DNA of 26,474 bases from Pseudobdellovibrionaceae bacterium. Its GTDB lineage: Bacteria > Bdellovibrionota > Bdellovibrionia > Bdellovibrionales > Bdellovibrionaceae. The translations under genes and the position numbers were made by a program. How positions within the stretch are numbered: position 1 is the first letter of the stretch; each line of letters opens with the position of its first letter. The stretch covers positions 1 to 26,474 of the forward strand of contig JBIKLL010000032.1 of the NCBI GenBank assembly GCA_044359815.1, given 5' to 3'. The notes beneath the pieces are model-generated. The model searched no databases. It was not told the DNA's origin and saw only the letters and a program-made list of their open reading frames with translations. This document shows, in pieces, positions 1 to 8,088 of the stretch.

Positions 1-188
1 TAATCTAAATGACTCAATACGAGAGATGAGCCCGCGGCCGTTAGCGAGTGTCTAAAAATAGTGAAAAAAATTATCTTTGCATTTACGCAACACCAGATAT
101 GCCATGTGCGCTCGCAAATGTATTCAAAAGGTGTAAAATCATAGAAATAGTTTTTAAAATTCAAATTAACTGCAGGCAAGCGGGTCAG
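1..188. repeat. Partial copy of the fold-back (MITE/REPIN-like) element also found at 5284-5500
   Basis: 6-49 resembles 5390-5433 (TAAATGAnTCAATACnAGAGATG..GCGGCCGTTAGCnAGT). 91-188 aligns by eye with the reverse complement of 5284-5383 (CACCAnATATG..GCGCTCGCAAA..AAGnTGTnAAATCAnAGAAATA..GGCAAGnGGG). Truncated by the window edge. Confidence 0.75.
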
Positions 189-1655
189 TTATAAATCAGT
201 CAGAAATTGAATCAGTGCTTGGACGCCCTGGCCGTTGCCGCCTGAAAAACTCATTCCGCCAGTGGGCTTGTCGTTCCAGGCATAGATATCCAAGTGCGCC
301 CATGATTTATTTCTGCAAAATTTTTCTAGAAACAAAGCGGCAGTGATCGCTCCACCAAATCCATCAACGGCATTGACGATGTCAGCAAAGGGCGAACTAA
401 ATTGGCTAGTGTATCTGCCATACAGGGGCATTCTCCACATCAGGTCGCCTGCGTGTTGGCCGGCCTTAATTAAATTATCAGACAGCTGGTCATCGTTACT
501 GAATAATCCGGCAAGCTCTGCACCCAGCGCAACTTTGATAGCGCCTGTTAAAGTCGCGACATTTATAACCATCTGTGGTTCGTCTTTCTGTGTGACGGCC
601 ACATCGATAGCATCAGCCAATACCAGTCGGCCCTCGGCATCAGTGTTGTGAATTTCAACGCTCAATCCGTTTCTGGCAGTGTAAACATCGCTGGGCCTAA
701 AGGCATTTTGATCGACCATGTTTTCAGCCATAGCAAAATAAAAATCTAAAGGCTTGTCTGAATCAGACTCTGAAACCCAGTGGGCCAAGCCTGCCAGACA
801 AGCGGCTCCGCCCATGTCCTTTTTCATCAAGCGCATACCTGAGCTGGGCTTTATGTCGTACCCTCCGCTATCAAAAGTGATGCCTTTACCCACAAAGGCA
901 ATGGGTTTGTGTTTTGATTTTTTTGGACGGTATTTCAGATGCATCAAACAGGGTGGGTTTTGTGATCCGCTTCCCACGGCTAAAAGCAGTCCCATGCCCT
1001 CGGATTGCAATTTTTTATGATCCCAAATATCCACTTCAAAAGCTTTGCCAAACTGAGCTTCAATGATTTCGCAAAAAGTTTTTGGATTCATCAGATTAGG
1101 TGGCAGATTGACCAGATGTCTGGAAAAATTAATAGCATCACCGATGGTGATTGCCTGTTGCAGTTGTTGATCCAGATCTTTGTTGATAATCGAAATCGCA
1201 GGCAGACCCTTCAGCTGTTTTCCCTCTTGAAAATCCTTAAAATTGTAACTGGCGATTTTTAAACCGACCAGCGCACCCAAAATCACATCAGAGTTTTTGC
1301 AATCAAATTCGATGTCGATATTTTTTATTTTAAGGGCTTTAAATAATCCCATCAGCGATCCTACCTGGTCCCTGAAGTGGCTATAATGGGATTCTTCAAG
1401 CATACCGTGATGTGAAAATCGATCATTCATTTTGGGAACTTTAAAAATCCAAACGGGACCGTCTTTGCCGATAAAATGAATCATGCCTTTTGATTCGGCT
1501 GAGTTTTCAATTTGCCAATGCGCCAGGGATTTTTTGAGCACTGATGACAGGGCTTTATCGTTGTCAGTGATCAGCAGATATCCCGAGGGGCCTTTGTTTT
1601 CGGATTTATGAGCGAAAATATTTTTGAATTCTATCTTTTTTGTTTTAGCTGCCAT
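189..1655 (-). CDS. pepA: Leucyl aminopeptidase (M17 family)
   Basis: 488 aa with M17 motifs VGKGITFDSGG, MKKDMGGAA, NTDAEGRL, ATLTGA and WAHLDI. Confidence 0.95.
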   Translation of the reverse strand: MAAKTKKIEFKNIFAHKSENKGPSGYLLITDNDKALSSVLKKSLAHWQIENSAESKGMIHFIGKDGPVWIFKVPKMNDRFSHHGMLEESHYSHFRDQVGSLMGLFKALKIKNIDIEFDCKNSDVILGALVGLKIASYNFKDFQEGKQLKGLPAISIINKDLDQQLQQAITIGDAINFSRHLVNLPPNLMNPKTFCEIIEAQFGKAFEVDIWDHKKLQSEGMGLLLAVGSGSQNPPCLMHLKYRPKKSKHKPIAFVGKGITFDSGGYDIKPSSGMRLMKKDMGGAACLAGLAHWVSESDSDKPLDFYFAMAENMVDQNAFRPSDVYTARNGLSVEIHNTDAEGRLVLADAIDVAVTQKDEPQMVINVATLTGAIKVALGAELAGLFSNDDQLSDNLIKAGQHAGDLMWRMPLYGRYTSQFSSPFADIVNAVDGFGGAITAALFLEKFCRNKSWAHLDIYAWNDKPTGGMSFSGGNGQGVQALIQFLTDL

Positions 1656-1773
1656 ATTAATTCCTTATATGAAATTGACACATAAGCTTATTCTGATTTT
1701 TTCGGAATTTCCAACAAAACCCAGTGTTATATAAAGCTAGACTCTGCGAGTCTGCCTCCATACAATAATAGGG

Positions 1774-2760
1774 ATGGGCAAAATCAATCTTAACTGTCTT
1801 TTGTTAAATGCTGAAAATTTATTTTTGTTAAGTGATCAAGAGCTCAAAGCTGAGCATCTGAAACTGGATCCCATCAGATGGCGCAGTTTATCCACTTCGA
1901 TCTATGAAAACAAACCTTTGGATAAACTGAATCAACTGACCCTGGTTATTAAAAAAAGCAATCCTGATGTGATCATGTTGTGCGAAGTCGGGGGTATCGA
2001 GAGCCTGACAAATTTCAACAAATTGTTTTTAAACAATGCTTATTCACCGGTTTTGATCGAAGGTAATTCTGATCGTAATATTGATGTTGGGTATTTGATC
2101 AAAAAAGATTTGGGGTTTTATTTTGATTTGATTTCAAATAAAAACCGTCTGATAAATTTTGTTTATCCCCATGGCAAAAGCCAGCAGAGCGAGAAATTTT
2201 CCAGGGATGTGTCTGAGCTGCATTTGTTTACCACCGACCGCGAAAAGCCATTTTTTATTTTCTTGCTGACTCATTTAAAATCCAGATTGGATCCTCAGAG
2301 TGTTGATCCCAATGGATTTTTGCGTCGCAAAGCCGAAATGAAAACTCTGCTTGAGATTTATTCGGATCTGGAAACAAAATTTCAAAACCAAGTGCCCATG
2401 GCTGTGTGTGGGGATTTTAACGGGTTGGCGGCAAAGCCCCAATGTGATCCTGAGTTTGCAGACATTTATACGCAGACGGGGCTTGAGGATGTGTTGGAGC
2501 TTGCGCAAATTCCCAATGCTAAGAGGGCCACCTATTACCAAACCAGTCGTAATGGTTCCACCGAGGGTAAACAAATTGACTATGCGTTTCTGTCACCTAA
2601 GGCTCATGGGCTGCTGCTTAAAGATTCCGCAGCGGTCTATAGGTACCGGGATGAATTGGATCAGGAACTGGATCCGCCCACATCTATGGAGGCCAAGGAA
2701 TCACTGCCCTCGGACCATTATCCGGTTTTGTTCACTCTTTCGCAAATCCCATTAAGGTGA
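1774..2760 (+). CDS. Endonuclease/exonuclease/phosphatase (EEP) family protein
   Basis: 328 aa with EEP motifs NAENLF, LCEV, HLKS, GDFN, IDY and SDHYP. Confidence 0.88.
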   Translation: MGKINLNCLLLNAENLFLLSDQELKAEHLKLDPIRWRSLSTSIYENKPLDKLNQLTLVIKKSNPDVIMLCEVGGIESLTNFNKLFLNNAYSPVLIEGNSDRNIDVGYLIKKDLGFYFDLISNKNRLINFVYPHGKSQQSEKFSRDVSELHLFTTDREKPFFIFLLTHLKSRLDPQSVDPNGFLRRKAEMKTLLEIYSDLETKFQNQVPMAVCGDFNGLAAKPQCDPEFADIYTQTGLEDVLELAQIPNAKRATYYQTSRNGSTEGKQIDYAFLSPKAHGLLLKDSAAVYRYRDELDQELDPPTSMEAKESLPSDHYPVLFTLSQIPLR

Positions 2761-2797
2761 CTTGACCAATCAGATTGGTGAATTTAATCTCCTGAAA

Positions 2798-3187
2798 ATG
2801 GGAATTCAAAAAACATTAAGCCATCATTTTAAGGTAACGACGGAAGTCACTTACAGGCCGTCAGAATCACAGCCCGAGGCTGGATATTATTTTTTTAGTT
2901 ACAAGATCAGGATTGAAAACAAAGGTTCTTTGCCTGCGCAGTTAATGAGTCGTCATTGGGTAATCACAGACGGCTATGGACAGACTGAAGAAGTTCGCGG
3001 AGCTGGAGTGGTTGGCCTGCAGCCCAAGATTAATCCGGGTAAATGTTTTGAATACGAAAGCGCATGTCCGTTAAACACTCAAAGCGGCAGCATGAAGGGT
3101 TTTTATCAGATGGTATCTGACGACGGCTCAACCTTTGAAATCGAAATCCCCGAATTTTATCTGATCGCCCCCACTGCGCTTCATTAG
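2798..3187 (+). CDS. apaG: ApaG protein
   Basis: Motifs YFFSYKIRIEN, QLMSRHWVITD, VRGAGVVG, GSMKGFY. ATG at 2798 preferred; the ORF extends to TTG 2762. Confidence 0.93.
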   Translation: MGIQKTLSHHFKVTTEVTYRPSESQPEAGYYFFSYKIRIENKGSLPAQLMSRHWVITDGYGQTEEVRGAGVVGLQPKINPGKCFEYESACPLNTQSGSMKGFYQMVSDDGSTFEIEIPEFYLIAPTALH

Positions 3188-3387
3188 AATTTTTAAGCGT
3201 CAACAGTCACAGTGAGACTTTTTCTGTCTACGGTGCGAAATGCAGGTATCCCAATTAGTTTAATTCAAATGATGTGTGACCCTAGTTCCTGAGAGGTCCA
3301 AGGTTTGAAAAAAATTTCTCACAGATTAGATTTTTATAAAGGATTTTTTTCAGATTTTCACAAAGCGGTATTTTCCCGAGGCACCTT

Positions 3388-3418
3388 CAATGCGCTGTCT
3401 CTATCCCGGGGAAAGTGA
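3388..3418 (+). repeat. 31-bp HNH-associated repeat, copy 1
   Basis: CAATGCGCTGTCTCTATCCCGGGGAAAGTGA; 30/31 identical to the copies at 3608 and 4965. Confidence 0.95.
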
Positions 3419-3607
3419 TTTGTTTGTTTAATTGGGAAAATGTTTTTTTACCATTACCTGAGATAAATAGTGATCATTGATTTTATTTTATTTTATTTGC
3501 TGAAGGGTATTTGTTACCCCAATAAAATTGAGTCTGAAATTTCAGTGAACGGATTTTTTGTTTTAGATGATTCTAATGTTTGATTGATACCGGTGCGTAC
3601 CTGACTC

Positions 3608-3638
3608 CAACGCGCTGTCTCTATCCCGGGGAAAGTGA
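3608..3638 (+). repeat. 31-bp HNH-associated repeat, copy 2
   Basis: CAACGCGCTGTCTCTATCCCGGGGAAAGTGA; starts exactly 220 bp after copy 1 and is identical to the intragenic copy. Confidence 0.95.
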
Positions 3639-4076
3639 TTTTTCATGATTATTAATCAAGGAAAAATTAACCTTAAAAATTCAATGAATGTTTGAGCTTT
3701 TAATTATTTAAAATATTTTCTTAGAATGTTCAAAACCCAACTGACCAATATCTAAATTCAAAATTCAAAGGTCTTAGAATTACAAAATTAATTTCTATTA
3801 GAATAAAACCAAAAATCAACGCCACGCCATTTTCTGAAGAAATAAAAAAAATATTTTTCTTGACCGCGGTTTTTCAAAAACATCCCAAGAAAATGCTGGC
3901 AAAACAAATCCTTTCTAATCGCCATTTAAAGCTCGGCATTTGCCCTCTATCAAAATTAATTTAGCAAAATAAATCCCCTGTGATTCGGCAAAATAAAACC
4001 CAGCAAACAAGATTCTAAGGCTGAAAAATCCATCTGAAAATCCATGGTAAGTTGCATTTTATCAAAAGGAGCAAGC

Positions 4077-5252
4077 ATGCAAACAAACTTTGAAATTAGC
4101 AGAGGCATTGAATTAGAAACAAGAACGCAGAATCCTATGCAAGATGATTTGCAGTCAGGAATGAAGATAAAAATGGAGATGAGATCGCAAAGCAAATTAG
4201 AATCTGGAAAAAGGTACGAAGTTGTGCAATTGAAAGAAAAAAGTAATCAAACGTCTGAGTTTAAATCAATACCAAAAGCCAAGCAGTCCGTCGAAATCAG
4301 AAAGCTAGATGATAAAACCCTCGATCAGCAGACCAAAAATCTGGTGGGACAAGAGCGCGAATTGACCGTACAGATTTTGCACTACTTGCAAGAAATCAAT
4401 CGCAGAAGGTATTTTGCCAAGCGGGGATATCCATCATTGTTTGAGTACGCCGTCAAAGAGCTGAAATATTCAGAATCACAGGCTCACCGCAGGATTGCGG
4501 CAATGCGGTTAGTAAACGACATTCCTGAGGTGGAAGAAAAACTGTCCAATGGTCATTTGACCTTGGCGACAGTGGCGCAGGCACAAACATTTTTTCGTCA
4601 AGAATCTAAAGCCACTGGTATCGCCAGAAACAACGATCAAAAGCGGGATCTTTTGAAAAAGCTTGAGGGTAAATCCAAGCGAACCGTAGAAAAAACATTA
4701 ATTGAACTGTGTCCAAAACTGGTTCAATCCAGGGAAACATTAAAGCCGATCGCAACAGAATTTTACGAGCTAAAAATCACAATGACCCAGTCGCAGCAGC
4801 AAAAGTTAGAAAGGCTGAAGGAGCTGAAAAACACCCAAAGCACAGCCGAAATAATAGATTGGATGATGGATTTGGCACTGACAAAAGTTGATCCGTTAAA
4901 AAAACCTAAAGTAGGTTATAGCAAGGCCAAACGTTCAAACTCTGAAACGCAGAAAAAATCTGCGCAACGCGCTGTCTCTATCCCGGGGAAAGTGAACCGA
5001 TACATCCCCAGGGATTTCAAACAGAATCTTTGGATCAGGTCAGGTGGGCAGTGTGAGTTTGTTGATCATCTGACAGAGCGACGGTGCGAATGCAGAATGC
5101 ATTTGCAGATTGATCATATTCAGCCAATTGGCTTGGGTGGAAAAACGGCCCAAGAAAACCTGCGACTAGTTTGTCGCAGCCACAATCAGCTATTTGCAAT
5201 TCAGTCTTTCGGAAGCCAGCAGATGGCAAAATTTTTACCTGATTTGAGATAG
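4077..5252 (+). CDS. HNH endonuclease with N-terminal helical domain
   Basis: C-terminal HNH/Zn motifs C-EF..RC..LQIDHIQPIGLGG..ENLRLVCRSHN. N-terminal helical block ERELTVQILHYLQEINRRRYF..GYPSLFEYAVKELKYSESQAHRRIAAMRL. AAGGAG RBS precedes ATG 4077; the ORF extends to 4044. Confidence 0.88.
   Translation: MQTNFEISRGIELETRTQNPMQDDLQSGMKIKMEMRSQSKLESGKRYEVVQLKEKSNQTSEFKSIPKAKQSVEIRKLDDKTLDQQTKNLVGQERELTVQILHYLQEINRRRYFAKRGYPSLFEYAVKELKYSESQAHRRIAAMRLVNDIPEVEEKLSNGHLTLATVAQAQTFFRQESKATGIARNNDQKRDLLKKLEGKSKRTVEKTLIELCPKLVQSRETLKPIATEFYELKITMTQSQQQKLERLKELKNTQSTAEIIDWMMDLALTKVDPLKKPKVGYSKAKRSNSETQKKSAQRAVSIPGKVNRYIPRDFKQNLWIRSGGQCEFVDHLTERRCECRMHLQIDHIQPIGLGGKTAQENLRLVCRSHNQLFAIQSFGSQQMAKFLPDLR
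4965..4995 (+). repeat. 31-bp HNH-associated repeat, copy 3 (intragenic, encodes QRAVSIPGKV)
   Basis: CAACGCGCTGTCTCTATCCCGGGGAAAGTGA in frame, immediately before NRYIP and the HNH domain. Confidence 0.95.
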
Positions 5253-5283
5253 ATCAACACTGGTGCTCACAATTACCAACACA

Positions 5284-5500
5284 GCTGCCCACTTGCCCGC
5301 GGTAATTTTAAACTTTAAAAAAATATTTCTGTGATTTCACATCTTCTGATGTATGTTTGCGAGCGCGCTAGTCATATATGGTGGTGATTTAAATGAATCA
5401 ATACTAGAGATGGTCTTGCGGCCGTTAGCAAGTATTCACAAGGTGTAACATCACAGAAATATTTTTTTAAATTCAAAATAACCTCAGATAACTGGGCAGC
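5284..5500. mobile_element. ~217-bp fold-back element with long imperfect terminal inverted repeats (MITE/REPIN-like)
   Basis: Ends are GCTGCCCA...TGGGCAGC. Perfect 22-bp IR TTTAAAAAAATATTTCTGTGAT at 5314-5335 and 5450-5471. A related copy lies at 1-188. No TSD seen; mobility is inferred. Confidence 0.65.
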
Positions 5501-5559
5501 GGCATTCACTTATCCAAATAATACTTTTTAACGGCAGGTCTGCTGCAGAGCCGACCCGA

Positions 5560-7383
5560 CTACGACGCTTTCAGAAGCCCCTTAGTCCATCGTTGGATGA
5601 TGGAGACTGGGGCGCGATCGAACTGAACTCCGTAAGCAGCGTTGGCCTGTGACCAAACAATGTGGCCTTGGACTTGGATTTCCTCTTGGCCTTCTGGACT
5701 GTGGATTTTGATCGTGACGATTCCACCTTTTTCCAGCATTTGTTCGGCATTGAATGACAGTCCACCAACCGAAATAGTTTTCATCTGACCCACAAGCTCT
5801 TGGCCGCCAGCCATCACTGTGATCGCAGAGTTCATTAAAAATCTTTCGTGCTTACGATTGTCTTTTGGTTTTTTGATTCTAGAGCGCAGGATTGTCCAAG
5901 CAAGAACTGGGACCAATGCAATTGCAAATACAATGGCAATCAGAGCATTGCTACCACCGGCTGCGCCGCCCGTTGCAGAAATTAATCTAACGGTTCCGCA
6001 ACCACCGCCACCAGAAACTTCTCCGTCTGGACCGCGGCCCGTAGCATTTGCAGCCACATAAGACGGTTGATAAGCAGCCGTGTTAGTTTCATTTTTCGCA
6101 GCCATGATCGCATCATAAACGTCGATTCGAGCGCTTGATGAAAGCTTGGTCGCCAAATTGGACTTAACTTCACCGGATCCAACCAACAAGGCTTTGATTT
6201 GATAACCTGTTAATTGCGGAGCCTCACGAAACATCATGGCAGCAATGCCGGCCACCAAAGGTGCTGCCATGCTGGTGCCGTTCATATATCGATAACTACT
6301 ATTTGGAATCGTTGAATAAATCGCAACTCCGGGTGAGCCAACGTGAACTGTTGAAACTCCGTAGTTTGAAAATGAAGCCAAATTGTCAAAATCATTTGAG
6401 GCCGCAATGCTCATTAATCCAGGCACAGGGTAAGTAGCTGGATAAAGAGGTTTTGAATCATTGTTGCTAGAATAATTGCCGGCAGCAGCAGTGACAAAAA
6501 CACCTTCGTTATAGGCGGCTGTGATCGCATCGTGCAGTGCTTGGCTGTAAGCTTCGCCACCCCAAGAATTATTAATCACTCGTGCGCCGTTGTTAACAGC
6601 ATAATTAATCGCCGCAATGGCTGATGATGTGGTCCCGCTGCCATCAGCACCAAGAAATTTTAAAGGCATGATTTTAACACGAGCTGCAGAAGTGTCTGTC
6701 AAAGCCTGGCTGATACCAAACACGATTCCAGCAACGTGGGTTCCATGATTATCGTCATCCATGGGGTCATTTGTATTGGCGTGGAAATTCCAGCCATTAA
6801 CGTCGTCTATATATCCATTGTGATCATCGTCAATTCCGTTGTTTGCGATTTCATCAGCGTTTGTCCATATTGCATTCGCAGCAGTAAAAACTGGGTGAGT
6901 GTAATCCACACCCGTATCAATAACAGCAACAACAATTGGATTTGGATTTTGTGACAATGGAATCATTTCATCCCAAGCCTCTTGCACATGAATATTGGCA
7001 TAAGTTTGGATGTAGCTGCCACTAGAGCTCATGGATTCCATATCTGACTGCGAATAAATTTGAGGATTGTCAGAAGCATCTATAGGTTTTGACAAATAAA
7101 AATTAGGTTCTGCAAATTCTACGTTAGGATCTTTTTTCAGTTCATCAATAAATGCCTGAACATCCCCTGATCCCTTCATTGCAATCTTTTGCATACCCAC
7201 CGAACTGTAAACACCACGAACCACAAAACTGCTAGAGATCTTTCCGCTGACTGCTAAAGAATTAGTTCCAGGCTTGTATTTAACAATGACTTCCCCGGGG
7301 ACATAATTTTGACCCCAGAGCGGTTGAACACCTATTATTAGACTCAAAACGGTGAGCCTGAACCATAACTTACGTGCCATCAT
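5560..7383 (-). CDS. S8 subtilisin-like serine protease with prodomain, TM helix and C-terminal PilZ domain
   Basis: Signal peptide; catalytic triad in VIDTG, HGTHVAG and GTSMAAP; GGGGCG followed by a hydrophobic helix; RKHER and ISVGG PilZ-like motifs. Start is probably MMARK (7383/7380); the ORF extends to 7440. Confidence 0.9.
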   Translation of the reverse strand: MMARKLWFRLTVLSLIIGVQPLWGQNYVPGEVIVKYKPGTNSLAVSGKISSSFVVRGVYSSVGMQKIAMKGSGDVQAFIDELKKDPNVEFAEPNFYLSKPIDASDNPQIYSQSDMESMSSSGSYIQTYANIHVQEAWDEMIPLSQNPNPIVVAVIDTGVDYTHPVFTAANAIWTNADEIANNGIDDDHNGYIDDVNGWNFHANTNDPMDDDNHGTHVAGIVFGISQALTDTSAARVKIMPLKFLGADGSGTTSSAIAAINYAVNNGARVINNSWGGEAYSQALHDAITAAYNEGVFVTAAAGNYSSNNDSKPLYPATYPVPGLMSIAASNDFDNLASFSNYGVSTVHVGSPGVAIYSTIPNSSYRYMNGTSMAAPLVAGIAAMMFREAPQLTGYQIKALLVGSGEVKSNLATKLSSSARIDVYDAIMAAKNETNTAAYQPSYVAANATGRGPDGEVSGGGGCGTVRLISATGGAAGGSNALIAIVFAIALVPVLAWTILRSRIKKPKDNRKHERFLMNSAITVMAGGQELVGQMKTISVGGLSFNAEQMLEKGGIVTIKIHSPEGQEEIQVQGHIVWSQANAAYGVQFDRAPVSIIQRWTKGLLKAS

Positions 7384-7482
7384 GTTAGATCTATCGGATC
7401 TAGGTCCAGTCCAGTTGAGCAAAAATCCGAAATTTCTCAAATTGATACAGGAAAAAATCTAGAATAATTGATGGAGATCAGG

Positions 7483-8088
7483 ATGAGTCATTTCAGTCGC
7501 ATTTTTGTACGGGGATTTGTAACACTGTTGCCAATCGCTCTGACCATATATATTACCTATTCGGCAATTATCATTTTGGAAAACGTGCTGGGTTCTCTGA
7601 TCCGAATCATAATCCCCAAAGAGGCCTACGTTCCTGGCCTGGGATTTATTGCTACCTTGGTGACCATCTATTTATTTGGATTGCTGCTTAACAGTTACTT
7701 GGCAGAAGGATTTTTAAAGTCCCTCGAGGCTCGCTTTAGGGATGTGCCTTTTATTAAAGCGATTTATGCTCCGTTAAAAGATCTGATGAATTTGTTTACC
7801 CGCGATAAACACGAACAGATGAAAAACGTTGTGCTGGTAAAGCTGCCTGACAACAGACACGCGTTAGGTGTGGTCACTCGCGAGAATTTCGATGATATTA
7901 GATTGTCCAAAGGAACTGGGATAATGGATCAGCATAAAAACACCGTGGCAGTGTTTTTTCCGATGAGCTATGGCTTGGGTGGATTTACATTTTTGGTTCC
8001 CAAGGATCAATTGGAAGCATTAGACATTCCAGTTGAAAAAGCCATGAGTCTAGCAATCACCGGTTGGGTTAAAAAGTCGGAGGACTAA
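7483..8088 (+). CDS. DUF502 family membrane protein
   Basis: FVRGFVTLLPIALTIY, VPFIKAIY and terminal VEKAMSLAITG. GGAG precedes ATG 7483; the ORF extends to 7468. Confidence 0.85.
   Translation: MSHFSRIFVRGFVTLLPIALTIYITYSAIIILENVLGSLIRIIIPKEAYVPGLGFIATLVTIYLFGLLLNSYLAEGFLKSLEARFRDVPFIKAIYAPLKDLMNLFTRDKHEQMKNVVLVKLPDNRHALGVVTRENFDDIRLSKGTGIMDQHKNTVAVFFPMSYGLGGFTFLVPKDQLEALDIPVEKAMSLAITGWVKKSED

Noticed and set aside
3388..3638. CRISPR array interpretation of the 31-bp repeats
   Set aside because: Only two upstream copies, a 189-nt spacer far longer than CRISPR spacers, no cas genes, and a third copy inside a CDS.
4044..5252. IscB/Cas9-like assignment for the HNH protein
   Set aside because: No PLMP or RuvC motifs recognised; the HNH domain is C-terminal.
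5502..5511. GCATTCACTT shared with 13925-13934 next to the perfect palindrome
   Set aside because: A 10-bp match, plausible by chance in an AT-rich 26-kb window.
7289..7301. TTCCCCGGGGA resembling the HNH repeat core inside the subtilase gene
   Set aside because: Short match explained by the coding motif VPGEV typical of subtilase prodomains.
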